Assembly: GCA_963728205.1 (NCBI GenBank)
Contig: CAVSIV010000001.1
Span: 320,001 to 384,000, forward strand
Length of the DNA: 64,000 bases
Origin: an uncultured Chloroflexia bacterium
GTDB taxonomy: Bacteria > Chloroflexota > Dehalococcoidia > UBA2979
Direction: 5' to 3'
The notes beneath the pieces were generated by a model. That model made no database searches. It was given only the letters and a program-made list of their open reading frames with translations, and was not told where the DNA came from. The translations under genes and the position numbers were made by a program. Numbering within the stretch: the stretch's first letter is position 1; the number at the start of each line of letters is the position of its first letter. Of this stretch, positions 1-9,508 are shown piece by piece.

Positions 1-606
1 CTGCAGCGCCTCGATGAAGTGCGTGTCGCTGCCGCCGGTCTCGGCGAGCCCGTAGCGCTCGCGGTTCATGCGGTGCGCGCGGGCGCGCGTCACGCGGCCG
101 GCCGGCGAGAGGTTCGCGATCTCGATGCCGTCGGGGCGCGTCTCGGCGTCGTTCTGCGCCAGCACGCCCTCGAGCGTGCGCTGGCCGATCGAGCGCGTGA
201 GGTACGAGAACGGGTGCGGGACGACGGCCAGCCCGCCGGCGTTGTGGATCGCGGCGACGGTCTCGTCGAAGCGGCGCAGCGGCTTGATCGGCGCCTCGAC
301 CCAGAGCGCGAGGAGGTGGCCCGAGCGCGTCGTGACCTCGATCCCGGGCACCAGGTCGAAGTGGTAGCGGCCCCGCGCGTGCGCCTCGCGCGCCGCGAGG
401 GCGCCGCGAATGTCGTCGTGATCGACGATCGCGATCACGTCGAGGCGGCCCTGCTGCTCGGCGCGGTCGAAGAGCTCGGTCGCCGTCGCGGTGCCGTCGC
501 CGTAGGCGGTGTGCACGTGCAGGTCGGCTCGCCCGAAGAGGGGCGCTTCGTCGCGAGCGAGCCCGCGGGGCGAATCGACCGGCCGGGTGCCGGCGTCCAT
601 GGCCAT
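1..606 (-). CDS. PHP-domain metal-dependent phosphoesterase (3' end runs off window)
   Basis: Manual translation: ADLHVHT..GDG, IVDHD, PGIEVTT..GHLLAL, VPHPF, GGSDAH; not in the ORF track because the stop is outside the window; start could also be 600 or 615. Confidence 0.85.
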   Translation of the reverse strand, partial: MAMDAGTRPVDSPRGLARDEAPLFGRADLHVHTAYGDGTATATELFDRAEQQGRLDVIAIVDHDDIRGALAAREAHARGRYHFDLVPGIEVTTRSGHLLALWVEAPIKPLRRFDETVAAIHNAGGLAVVPHPFSYLTRSIGQRTLEGVLAQNDAETRPDGIEIANLSPAGRVTRARAHRMNRERYGLAETGGSDTHFIEALQ

Positions 607-822
607 CGCAGCCATTGTACGGAGAAAACGGGGTTGTGCCGCCGCCTTGCGCGGGGGCGAGCGGGGTCTCGAGGCCGGTGTTTCCGGGCTCATCCGCGCC
701 GGGGGCGGCGGGGTGCGATGGAGGGGCGGAAGCGGCGGGCGGGGGCGGAACACAGTCGCTGCGTCACCGATGTGCGTGCCGCGCCCGCGGTGGCGGCGCG
801 GTTGCTGCCGGAAACAGCCGGC

Positions 823-1699
823 TCACGCCCCCTGCTCGCCCCAGATTGGCTCCAGGGGGAACCACTGGTCGGGCGCCTCCCGGATGCCCGCCTCCAGGCG
901 CGCCACCAGCGTGCGCATGCCGGACTCGAGGTCGGCGTCGCGGTCGCCGGTCTTCGGCGGGAGCGGGACCTGCTCCAGGTAGATGCGATAGCGCCCCGCG
1001 CCGGACCGCAGCACCCAGCCGTTCACGATCGTGGCGTTCGTGCGGCGCGCCAGCTCGACGGCGCCGGACGGCATCGGCGCCGGCTCGCCGAAGAACGGGA
1101 ACGGGCGCGCGGTGCCGAGCACGTCGCGATCCGAGACGGCGGCCACCGCGCCGCCCTCGCGCAGCACCGCGAGCGCGGCGCGCACGCCGCCCAGGTCGGC
1201 GGGCACGAACTCCACGCCGCCGCGCCCGCGCACGTGGTTCACGAACTCGAGCACGCGCGGCGGCTCCAGCGGCTCGGTGAACACGAGCGTGCGGAACGCC
1301 ATGAAGCCGATTGCCTGCAGCACGAACTCCGGATTGCCGAGGTGCGACGACGTGAAGATCACGCCGCAGCCGCGGTCGAGCGCATCGAAGAAGCGGTCGA
1401 GGCCGTCGATTCTCGTCGACGCACGCGAAGACGTCCTCGGGCGCGAGGTGGTAGTAGCGCGCGAAGTCCGTGTAGTAGCGCGCGGCGCTGCGCACGGCCC
1501 CGCGCGCGGCGCGGTCGACGGCGCGCCGCGGTGCGCTGCGGCCGAGCACGCGGCGCATGTGGCCGCGCGTCGTCGCGCGCAGCCGGGGCGACGCGTACCA
1601 GGCGAGCGTGCCGCCGGCGCCGGCCGCCGCGTCGAGCAGACGCGCCGGCAGCCGCCCGACCACGTGGACGAGGAGCCACAGCATCCAGTATCGCGCCAC
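823..1699 (-). CDS. Lysophospholipid/lipid A lauroyl-type (PatA-like) acyltransferase, frameshifted at ~1410
   Basis: N-terminus in ORF 764..1699 and C-terminus (SHLGNPE, DRD, FFG, PDQWF) in ORF 823..1362; removing one base at GATTC 1408-1412 gives a continuous 291-aa protein. Confidence 0.8.
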
Positions 1700-1702
1700 G
1701 CC

Positions 1703-2593
1703 TCAGGCCGTCCGCGCCGCCGCTCGGCTCGCCGCCGCGTCCGCGAGCCAGAGGTGCCGGAAGATGTACCACTGGTCCGGGTACCGCCGGACGATCTCCT
1801 CGAGCTGCGCGAAGATCGCCTGTGTCAGGTCGTGCACGTCGCGCTCCGTCTCGCCGCTGGGCGTGAACGCCACCGGCGCGACGATGCCGGAGACGCGGTC
1901 GTTCCACGGGGCGATCCGTGGCAGTGCGCCCACGACGACGGATGCGCCGGTGCGCAGCGCGATGCGCGCCGGTCCGTCCGACACCGCGACGGCCCCGTCG
2001 AAGAACTCGACCTCGACGCCGCGGTCGAGCGCCGGGATGTCCGCCAGCACAGCGACGACGTCGTTGCGCCGCAAGGCGCGCAGGATGCCGGGACCCATGC
2101 GATCGGCGGGGATGATCGTCATGCCGAGATGCTCGCGCGAGCCGAGCACGAGCCGGTTGAGCCGGTCGTTCGCGAAGCGGTCGGCGATCACCGCGATGGG
2201 GAAGTCGCGCAGCGCGAGGATGGCTGCGCCGAGATCCCAGTTCCCGAAATGGATCGTGACGAAGACGATGCCGTTGCCGGTGCGGTGCGCGCGCACGCGG
2301 TCCCAGTCGTCGAAGACGACGCGTTCCTCGATCTCGCGCGGCGTCGTGCTCGTGAAGCGCAGGAAGTCGACGATGTAGGCGGCGTAGTTCGCGAACGAGC
2401 GACGCGCGTAGCGTCGGGCGAGCCGCTCGTCGCCCCCGGCGACGTGCCGCATGTTGTCGACGCAGCGCCGCCGGCCCCCGGGCCACGCGGCATATGCGGC
2501 CAGTCCGCCGGCGCGGGCGCAGGCATAGCCGACGCGAAGCGGCAGGACGCGCAGGAACGCGGAGCCGGCACGGAACAGGAGGTAGAGCAGCAT
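1703..2593 (-). CDS. Lysophospholipid/lipid A lauroyl-type (PatA-like) acyltransferase
   Basis: HFGNWD motif, VEFFD, PDQWYIF; start set at MLLYLLFR. Confidence 0.85.
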   Translation of the reverse strand: MLLYLLFRAGSAFLRVLPLRVGYACARAGGLAAYAAWPGGRRRCVDNMRHVAGGDERLARRYARRSFANYAAYIVDFLRFTSTTPREIEERVVFDDWDRVRAHRTGNGIVFVTIHFGNWDLGAAILALRDFPIAVIADRFANDRLNRLVLGSREHLGMTIIPADRMGPGILRALRRNDVVAVLADIPALDRGVEVEFFDGAVAVSDGPARIALRTGASVVVGALPRIAPWNDRVSGIVAPVAFTPSGETERDVHDLTQAIFAQLEEIVRRYPDQWYIFRHLWLADAAASRAAARTA

Positions 2594-2697
2594 TCGCGCG
2601 AGGCTACTATGCGTCGCGCGTCCGGGGGAGAGCGAAACGACGGAGCGACGCGTTCGCGCGCGAGCGAGGGACGTCGTGCCGCGCAACACGACGACCC

Positions 2698-2794
2698 GCG
2701 GCGAGCGGAGGGCGTGCCGCCCTCCGACTCACCCCGACGTGATCTCGTGGCTTGCGGGACGAAGTCGGAGGGCGGCACGCCCTCCGCTCGCCGC
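2698..2794. repeat. Perfect 32-bp inverted repeat, each arm itself a hairpin (REP doublet-like)
   Basis: gcggcgagcggagggcgtgccgccctccgact (2698-2729) is the exact reverse complement of 2763-2794. Confidence 0.9.
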
Positions 2795-2805
2795 CGGGAA
2801 CGCCG

Positions 2806-4158
2806 CTACTCCTTGACGTACTCGTCCTGGTAGTACTCCTGGCCGAGGTGAGTGATCTGCTCCTCGCCCATGAGCCAGCGCAGCGTGTTCTTGAGCTTCG
2901 TCTGCTGAATGAACAGGTCGTTCTCCGGGTAGAGGTTGGGCGCGTGCTGGGGGCTCTTGAAGTAGAACGAGAGCCACTCCTGGATCCCCTTGAGCCCGGA
3001 TCGATGCGCCAGGTCCATGAACAGGGCGAGGTCCAGCACGATCGGGGCCGCCAGGATCGAGTCTCGGCAGAGGAAGTCGACTTTGATCTGCATCGGGTAG
3101 CCGAGCCACCCGAAGATGTCGATGTTGTCCCAGCCCTCTTTGTTGTCACCCCGAGGCGGGTAGTAGTTGATGCGCACCTTGTGGTACAGGTCGCCGTACA
3201 GGTCCGGGTAGAGTTCGGGCTGCAGGATGTGCTCCAGCACGCCCAGCTTGGACTCTTCCTTCGTCTTGAAGTTCTCCGGGTCGTCCAGCACCTCCCCGTC
3301 CCGGTTGCCGAGGATGTTGGTGGAGAACCAGCCGTTGAGGCCGAGCATGCGCGCCTTGAACATCGGCGCCAGCGCGGTCTTGAGCAGCGTTTGCCCCGTC
3401 TTGAAGTCCTTGCCGCAGATCGGCAGCCCCCGGTCGTTCGCCAGCTTGACGAGGGCCGGGATGTCGACCGTGAGATTCGGCGCGCCGTTCGCGAGCGGCA
3501 CGCCTTCCATGAGCGCCGCGTAGGCGTAGAGCATCGACGGCGCAATCCACTCGGAGCCGGCCTCGATCGCCGCCTCGAAGTCCTCGAGGTTGCGGTGCTC
3601 CGGGTGCTCCTCGATGAAGATCTCCGTCGACGCCGCCCACACCATCACGAGGCGGCTGCAGTTGTGCTTCGCCTTGAAGTCGCGAATGTCCTGGCGGATG
3701 CCCTCCACCAGGTCCATCTTCGAGGTCGACTGCTTCACGTTGGTGCCGTGGATCGCCTTGGCCCAGCGATTGTCGAACGCCGCGGTCATCGGCTCGATCG
3801 ACTTCAGAAAGTCGGCGATGGGCTCGATGTGCTCGTAGCGGTCGAGAACGCCGCAACGCAGCGCGGCCTCGTAGGCGTTGTCGGCGATGGGGTCCCAGGC
3901 GCCGAACACGAGGTCGTTCAGGTCGGCCAGCGGCACGAAGTCCTTGATCAACGGCATGTTCTCGTCGGTGCGCTTGCCGATGCGGATCGTGGCGCCCTGC
4001 GTCAGCGTGCCGAAGGGCTTGGCGCCGCGTCGCAGGTGCTCGACGCCGGCGAGGAACGTCGAGGCGACGGCGCCGAGACCGACGAGGAGGACGCCGAGCT
4101 TGCCCTCCGCCGGAGCGATGCTGTGAGCCGCGCCGCGAACCGAGTCGTTGGCTTCCAA
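2806..4158 (-). CDS. ino1: myo-inositol-1-phosphate synthase
   Basis: LVGLGAVAST, GKDFKTGQT, NILGNRDG, CRDSILAAPIVLDL; TTG start preceded by GGAGAGG. Confidence 0.93.
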   Translation of the reverse strand: MEANDSVRGAAHSIAPAEGKLGVLLVGLGAVASTFLAGVEHLRRGAKPFGTLTQGATIRIGKRTDENMPLIKDFVPLADLNDLVFGAWDPIADNAYEAALRCGVLDRYEHIEPIADFLKSIEPMTAAFDNRWAKAIHGTNVKQSTSKMDLVEGIRQDIRDFKAKHNCSRLVMVWAASTEIFIEEHPEHRNLEDFEAAIEAGSEWIAPSMLYAYAALMEGVPLANGAPNLTVDIPALVKLANDRGLPICGKDFKTGQTLLKTALAPMFKARMLGLNGWFSTNILGNRDGEVLDDPENFKTKEESKLGVLEHILQPELYPDLYGDLYHKVRINYYPPRGDNKEGWDNIDIFGWLGYPMQIKVDFLCRDSILAAPIVLDLALFMDLAHRSGLKGIQEWLSFYFKSPQHAPNLYPENDLFIQQTKLKNTLRWLMGEEQITHLGQEYYQDEYVKE

Positions 4159-4378
4159 GGTGATTCCTCTCCGTCGTGCCAGCGCGATGAGCGCCTCACG
4201 CCACTGCGCTGGGAACGATCCGTACTGGCCCGGTGCTGCAGGGCGCTTCGCTTCCGTCGCAGCAGGATGGCCAGAGCGCGTTGCCCTCATGTCGACGTGC
4301 GAGCGGGTCACGCGCCGACTGAAGGCAGGATAGGGAGGCGTCGTACCTTCAATCCAATGGAACTATTGTCTACAATCG

Positions 4379-4393
4379 ATAATGATGACTTAT
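4379..4393. promoter_or_regulatory. LysR-type operator (ATAA-N7-TTAT)
   Basis: ataatgatgacttat in an AT-rich patch between divergent ino1 and LysR genes; T-N11-A dyad. Confidence 0.55.
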
Positions 4394-4423
4394 GAGACTC
4401 TGGGCGTGTCGCCGGTCCCGAAC

Positions 4424-5269
4424 GTGCACTTCCAGCAGCTCGTCTACGTGCGCGAGCTGGCGCGTGCCGGCACGCTGACGGAGGCCGCCGAGCGGCTCCA
4501 CGTGAGCCAGCCCGCGTTGTCGCAGGCGCTCGGCCAGCTCGAGCGCCGGCTGGGCGTGACGCTCTTCGAGCGCGCGGGGCGGCGTCGCGTCTTCACCGAG
4601 GCGGGACGCGAGGTGGTGCGCTTCGCGGAGACGGTGCTCGGCGAGGCGTCGGAGCTGCAGGAGCGGCTGGCGGCGCGCGGGCGGGGCGACGGCGGGACGC
4701 TGCGCGTCGGCATGATCGACGCCGCGAACCTGTACGTGCTCCCGGACACGATTCGTCGCTTCCGCGCGGAGCACCCGGGGGTCGACCTGCGGCTGCTCGT
4801 GCATACCAGCGCCGCGCTGCTGGAGCGGCTCGAGGCGTTCGAGCTCGACCTTGCGTTCGTGGTGGGGCCGCTCGAGGGCGACTACCAGGTGGTGGAGGTG
4901 CTGGACGAGCCGCTCTACCTCTACGCGCCGCGCGGGGTGCGCGAGCGGCCCGAGGACGGCAACTGGGTGCTCTACCCGGCGGGGTCGCAGACGCGGGCCG
5001 CCATCGACCGGGGGCTGGCGCGGCTGGGTCTGCGGCCCGAGGTCACGCTGGAGAGCAGCAACCCGGAGATCCTGCGCCAGATGGTCGTGCTGGGCCTGGG
5101 CTGGAGCGTGCTTCCCGAGGCGGTCGCGACGTCGAACCGCCCCGTGCTCGAGCGGCACCGTGACGACCCGGTGGCGACGCGCACGCTGCTCGGCGTGCGC
5201 CGCCGCCAGGCGCCGCCCGACGCGCGCGCCGCGGCGTTCCTCGCACTGGCCGGCGCGCCCGCGCGCTGA
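4424..5269 (+). CDS. LysR family transcriptional regulator
   Basis: HTH LTEAAERLHVSQPALSQ..LE..LG..LFER plus substrate-binding domain; GTG start at 4424 preferred over 4382. Confidence 0.92.
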   Translation: MHFQQLVYVRELARAGTLTEAAERLHVSQPALSQALGQLERRLGVTLFERAGRRRVFTEAGREVVRFAETVLGEASELQERLAARGRGDGGTLRVGMIDAANLYVLPDTIRRFRAEHPGVDLRLLVHTSAALLERLEAFELDLAFVVGPLEGDYQVVEVLDEPLYLYAPRGVRERPEDGNWVLYPAGSQTRAAIDRGLARLGLRPEVTLESSNPEILRQMVVLGLGWSVLPEAVATSNRPVLERHRDDPVATRTLLGVRRRQAPPDARAAAFLALAGAPAR

Positions 5270-5360
5270 CGCGCCGCCCGCCTCCCCTCGCGGCCGCTCA
5301 CCGCGTCGACCGCCGCCGATTCAGCATCGCCGCGGCAGCGCCGACCCGCGCGACACAACA

Positions 5361-5380
5361 ACGCCGCCCGGGGGCGGCGT
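5361..5380. terminator. GC hairpin between convergent genes
   Basis: acgccgcc-cggg-ggcggcgt, followed by TGTTGT on the minus strand. Confidence 0.5.
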
Positions 5381-5410
5381 CGCTGCTGTCTGCTCGGTTG
5401 GTCGGGAGTC

Positions 5411-5563
5411 TTAGGTGTGAGCCGCGGTCTTGCCGATCTTGAACATCTTCGTGCCACAGACCGGGCACTTCCCCTGCGTCGCGGGCTTGCCGTTCTTCAT
5501 CGTGATGGCCTCGGCGTCGGCCATCTCCCGCTTCTCGCGGCACTTCAGGCAGTAAGCCTCCAT
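5411..5563 (-). CDS. DUF5679 small zinc-finger protein (50 aa)
   Basis: Manual translation MEAYCLKCREKREMADAEAITMKNGKPATQGKCPVCGTKMFKIGKTAAHT; RBS GAGGAGG. Confidence 0.85.
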   Translation of the reverse strand: MEAYCLKCREKREMADAEAITMKNGKPATQGKCPVCGTKMFKIGKTAAHT

Positions 5564-5702
5564 GCATCCTCCTCGAGTGGCCCCGGCGCCGTCGGGCGCA
5601 TGCGGGTGCGTGGTGGCGCGTCCGGTCCCTCGTCGAGGCTGGGGCCTCGACCCGGGCGGCCAACTGGTGGGTCACACTCGTACCGCTCGTCCGGTTGGCC
5701 TG

Positions 5703-6677
5703 TCAACGCGTTTCAGGTTGCGAGTGAGACGCCGTCTCAGTTGACGCCGGGTGCGGATCGTGCGGGATCACCCGGTACGGATGCCACGATCCGACCGGCC
5801 CGGCCGGCCGCACGACCGCCACGAGCTCCCCGTCCGGGCCGTACGCGCGCACCCGCGACGGCGCGCTCGACAGCCGCACACCGCGACCGGGCATCGCGAC
5901 GACGTCGCGCCCCATGCGCAGGTCGGCGACCTGGCGCCGGCCCAGCAGCAGCGCCGGCCACCCCGTCATCACCGCGTCCGGCGCGTGCACGATCGTCTCG
6001 CCCTCGCCGCGTTCGAGCAGCGCGACCGCGAGGTCGAGCGGCACGGCGTCGCTGATCAGGAACGGGCCGACGGCTGTGCGGGTGAGCTCGGCCAGGTGCC
6101 CGCCGACGCCGAGCACCGCGCCGAGGTCGTGCGCCAGCGAGCGCACGTAGAATCCCTTGCTGCACTCGATCTCGACCGTGAGCCGCGGGCGCGCGGTCCC
6201 GATCCCGGCGAGCTCGACGCACTCGAGCGCGAACACGGTCACCGGCCGGGCCTCGAGCACGTGGGGGTTGCCGCGGCGCGCGGCGGCGTAGGCGGGGACG
6301 CCGGCGCGCTTCACCGCGCTGTAGGCCGGTGGCACCTGCCACTGCGGACCGCGGAACGGCGCGAGCGCCGCCGCGATCGCCTCCGCCGTGACGTGCGACG
6401 CGTCGTTCTCGGCGGTCACCGCTCCCTCGCCGTCGTAGGTCTCCGTCGCCACGCCCAGCGCGATCACGCCGCGGTACCGCTTGCGCGCGTCCACCAGCTC
6501 GTCGACGAACCGGGTGGCGTCGCCGATGGCGACGGGGAGGACTCCGGTGGCGTTCGGGTCGAGCGTACCGGCGTGGCCGACGCGACGCGTGCGCGCGGCG
6601 CGTCGAACGGCGCGCACGACGTCGAACGACGTCGGCCCGCGCGGCTTGTCGACGTTGAGGAAGCCCCGCAGCGTCAC
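5703..6677 (-). CDS. truB: tRNA pseudouridine(55) synthase TruB
   Basis: GFLNVDKPRGPTSFDVV, VGHAGTLDP, CSKGFYVRSLA; follows rbfA. Confidence 0.95.
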   Translation of the reverse strand: MTLRGFLNVDKPRGPTSFDVVRAVRRAARTRRVGHAGTLDPNATGVLPVAIGDATRFVDELVDARKRYRGVIALGVATETYDGEGAVTAENDASHVTAEAIAAALAPFRGPQWQVPPAYSAVKRAGVPAYAAARRGNPHVLEARPVTVFALECVELAGIGTARPRLTVEIECSKGFYVRSLAHDLGAVLGVGGHLAELTRTAVGPFLISDAVPLDLAVALLERGEGETIVHAPDAVMTGWPALLLGRRQVADLRMGRDVVAMPGRGVRLSSAPSRVRAYGPDGELVAVVRPAGPVGSWHPYRVIPHDPHPASTETASHSQPETR

Positions 6678-6682
6678 CGGTG

Positions 6683-7048
6683 CTAGAGCTCGCGACCCTC
6701 GGAGCGCGCGACCTCGCGCATCATCGCGGTGAGGCGATCGCCCTCTTCGATCGAGCGGTCGCGCAGGAAGTGCAGGCGCGGCACGCGGCGCATGCGGAGC
6801 TGGCGCATCATCTCGTGGTGGAGGAACGGCTCGACGCGCGCGAGCGCCGCGAGCACCTCCTCGGCCCGGTCGTCGTCCACGCCGAGCAGGCTGACGTGGA
6901 TGCGCGCAGTGGCCATGTCGGGCGCGACCACGACGCGCGTGATCGAGATCATCACGTCCTCGAGCACCGGGTCCTTCACCCGCCGCTCGAGCAGATCCGC
7001 GACGATGCCCTGGATGGTGTCGGCGACCTTCTCCGTGCGTCGCGTCAT
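6683..7048 (-). CDS. rbfA: Ribosome-binding factor A
   Basis: VKDP..ISITRVVVAPD, LRMRRVPRLHF; between infB and truB. Confidence 0.93.
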   Translation of the reverse strand: MTRRTEKVADTIQGIVADLLERRVKDPVLEDVMISITRVVVAPDMATARIHVSLLGVDDDRAEEVLAALARVEPFLHHEMMRQLRMRRVPRLHFLRDRSIEEGDRLTAMMREVARSEGREL

Positions 7049-7089
7049 GGTGGTGATCCTGTCCCGGTCCGCCCCCGGCGAATGCCCCC

Positions 7090-7182
7090 GGCGAACGGCC
7101 CCGCGTCAGCGGGCTGAGCGGCCACGCCCCGCGAGGCTTCTCAGCCCCAGGACGCGAGCCCTTCGCCCGCGGGCCGTTCGCC
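7090..7182. repeat. MITE/REP-like element, copy 1
   Basis: Termini ggcgaacggcccc / gcgggccgttcgcc with internal gctgag..ctcagc; homologous to 18947-19027. Confidence 0.7.
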
Positions 7183-7219
7183 CGCTGGACGCTCGCTCGC
7201 CGGGGCGCCGTCGATGGTC

Positions 7220-9016
7220 CTACCGCGTCTGCTCCATGTGGAAGGTCCGGATCTCGTCGCCTTCCTGGAAGTCCTCGAAGCCGACGACCTGGATGCCGCA
7301 CTCGAAGCCGGACGCGACCTCGCGGACGTCGTCGTTAAAGCGCTTCAAGCTCGCGAGGTCGGCCTCGTGCAGCTGCTCGCCGCCGCGGAAGACGCGCGCG
7401 CGCTGGCCGCGCCGCACCGTCCCGTCGCGCACGTAGCAGCCGGCGATGGCGTTGCGGCGGCCGAGCCGGAACACCTGTCGCACCTCGACGGTGGCGTCGG
7501 CGCGCTCCTCGTAGATCGGCTCGAGCATGCCCTTCACCGCGTTCTCGACGTCCTCCACGATGTCGTAGATGACGTTGTAGAGGCGGATCTGCACGCCTTC
7601 CTGGTCGGCGAGCCGCTTCGCGCCGGGCTCCGGCTGCGTGTTGAAGCCGATGATCACGCCCTTCGACGCGACCGCGAGCTGGACGTCCGACTCGGTGATC
7701 GAGCCGACGGACGCGTGGATCACCTTCACGTTGACCTCGTCGAGGCTGAGGTCTTCGAGCGTCTCCACGAGCGGCTCGACTGAGCCCTGCACGTCGGCCT
7801 TCAACACAAGGTTGAAGTCCTGCACGTTGCCCTTGTGGATCTCGCCGAACAGCGACTCCAGCGTGACGGCGGAGGCCTGCGTGCCGCCGGCCTCGGACGC
7901 GCGCCGGAGCCGGTCTGCCTCCGCGCGCGCCTCCTTGTCGCTCTTCCGCACGACGAAGCGCTCGCCCGCGGGGGGCACCTCGCTCAGTCCAAGGATCTCG
8001 ACCGGGGTCGACGGCCCGGCCTCCTTGATGCGGTTGCCCTCCGCGTCGGTCATCGCCTTGATGCGACCGTAGGCCAGGCCGGCGAGCACCGCGTCGCCCT
8101 GGTGCAGCGTGCCCGTCTGCACGAGCACGGTCGCGACCACACCGCGGTTGCGGTCGGTCGCCGCTTCGAGCACGACGCCGACGGCGTCTCGCTTCGGGTT
8201 CGCCTTGAGATCCTGCAGGTCGGCGACCGCGAGCACGTTCTCCAGCAGCGCGTCGATGCCCTCGCCCTTGAGCGCGGAGACCGGCACGACGATCTGGTCG
8301 CCGCCGAACTCCTCGGGGACGAGGCCGACCTCGGTCAGCTGGGTCCGGACGCGGTCGGGGTTCGCGTTGTTCGCGTCGATCTTGTTCAGCGCGACGACCA
8401 TCGGCACGCCGGCGGCCTTGGCGTGGTCGATCGCCTCGCGGGTCTGCGGCATCACGCCGTCGTCGGCCGCGACCACGATGATGGCGACGTCGGTGACGCG
8501 GGCGCCGCGGGCGCGCATCTGCGTGAAGGCCTCGTGGCCCGGGGTGTCGATGAACGTGACCAGGCGGCCGTCGGGGGCCTTCGCCTGGTAGGCGCCGATG
8601 TGCTGGGTAATGCCGCCGGCCTCGCCCTCGGTGACCTTGGTGCGGCGGATGGTGTCGAGCAACGTGGTCTTGCCGTGGTCGACGTGGCCGAGCACGGTGA
8701 CGACGGGCGCGCGCGTCACGAGGTCCGCGGAATCCTCCTCGACGACGCGCATCGAGGTCGACTCGGCCTCCGTCTCGCCGTCGGCGGACGGCGCCTCCGC
8801 CGACTCCTCCTCCTCGGGGGTGAAGCCGAGGTCGGTCGCGACCACGGCCGCGGTGTCGAAGTCCACGACCTGGTTGATCGTGGCCATGACGCCGTTCTTC
8901 ATCAGCTCCTTGATCACGTCCACTGCGGTGACGCCGAGGAGCTCTGCGAGGTCGCCGACGGCGAGCGCCTCGGGAATGCGAACCGGCCGGATCCTGGTCT
9001 GTGGTTCTGAAGTCAT
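7220..9016 (-). CDS. infB: Translation initiation factor IF-2 (short form, 598 aa)
   Basis: [31 protein letters not shown]; start MTSEPQ overlapping the ylxR stop. Confidence 0.97.
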   Translation of the reverse strand: MTSEPQTRIRPVRIPEALAVGDLAELLGVTAVDVIKELMKNGVMATINQVVDFDTAAVVATDLGFTPEEEESAEAPSADGETEAESTSMRVVEEDSADLVTRAPVVTVLGHVDHGKTTLLDTIRRTKVTEGEAGGITQHIGAYQAKAPDGRLVTFIDTPGHEAFTQMRARGARVTDVAIIVVAADDGVMPQTREAIDHAKAAGVPMVVALNKIDANNANPDRVRTQLTEVGLVPEEFGGDQIVVPVSALKGEGIDALLENVLAVADLQDLKANPKRDAVGVVLEAATDRNRGVVATVLVQTGTLHQGDAVLAGLAYGRIKAMTDAEGNRIKEAGPSTPVEILGLSEVPPAGERFVVRKSDKEARAEADRLRRASEAGGTQASAVTLESLFGEIHKGNVQDFNLVLKADVQGSVEPLVETLEDLSLDEVNVKVIHASVGSITESDVQLAVASKGVIIGFNTQPEPGAKRLADQEGVQIRLYNVIYDIVEDVENAVKGMLEPIYEERADATVEVRQVFRLGRRNAIAGCYVRDGTVRRGQRARVFRGGEQLHEADLASLKRFNDDVREVASGFECGIQVVGFEDFQEGDEIRTFHMEQTR

Positions 9017-9408
9017 GCCGCTCCGCTCTCCCCTTCGTCTCGTTCGTGTTGTGACGCCGTTCCCGCGGCCGGGGCCGCGGTCGCGACGGCGTGGTCGTGC
9101 GTCGCTGCGGCGGCGCTGGTGGCGAGTTGCTGCTCGTACGCCGCAAGCGTGCTGCGGTCGCGGTCGTCGAGCGTCGCGCGCAGCGCGTGGCCCAGGGCGC
9201 CCCCGCCGCGGGCGAGCGACGTCTCTCGCGCGCGCTGCCAGCACGCGGGCCGCCGGCAGAGGTACGCGCCCCGGCCCGGCGCGCGACGCGCCTCGTCGAC
9301 GACGAGGCCGGCGTCGCCCAGCGCGACGCGGATCAGCTCGCGCTGATCCATTGTCTCGCGGCAGGCGACACAGGTGCGCTGTGGGCGGTGGCGCGCCTTC
9401 ACGGGCAC
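9013..9408 (-). CDS. ylxR: YlxR/RnpM family RNA-binding protein
   Basis: [20 protein letters not shown]; between nusA and infB. Confidence 0.88.
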   Translation of the reverse strand: MPVKARHRPQRTCVACRETMDQRELIRVALGDAGLVVDEARRAPGRGAYLCRRPACWQRARETSLARGGGALGHALRATLDDRDRSTLAAYEQQLATSAAAATHDHAVATAAPAAGTASQHERDEGESGAA

Positions 9409-9473
9409 TCCCTGCCTTCCGGCCCGCTCGCCGCGGATCGCCGGGAGACGAGGGCGCGACGCTCGGGCGCTCA

Positions 9474-9498
9474 GCCTTCCGCCCGCCGGGCGGAAGGC
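9474..9498. other. Strong intergenic hairpin between nusA and ylxR
   Basis: gccttccgccc-gcc-gggcggaaggc, 11-bp perfect stem, no U-tract. Confidence 0.55.
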
Positions 9499-9508
9499 GT
9501 GCGACGAG

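Noticed and set aside
823-1699. True pseudogene or programmed frameshift
   Set aside because: No slippery sequence and no further decay; shares the GATTC signature
19-4395. Long + strand ORFs (19..1866, 1031..2833, 2752..4395) and similar Arg/Ala/Pro-rich ORFs throughout
   Set aside because: Shadow frames of real genes caused by stop-codon scarcity at high GC; no motifs
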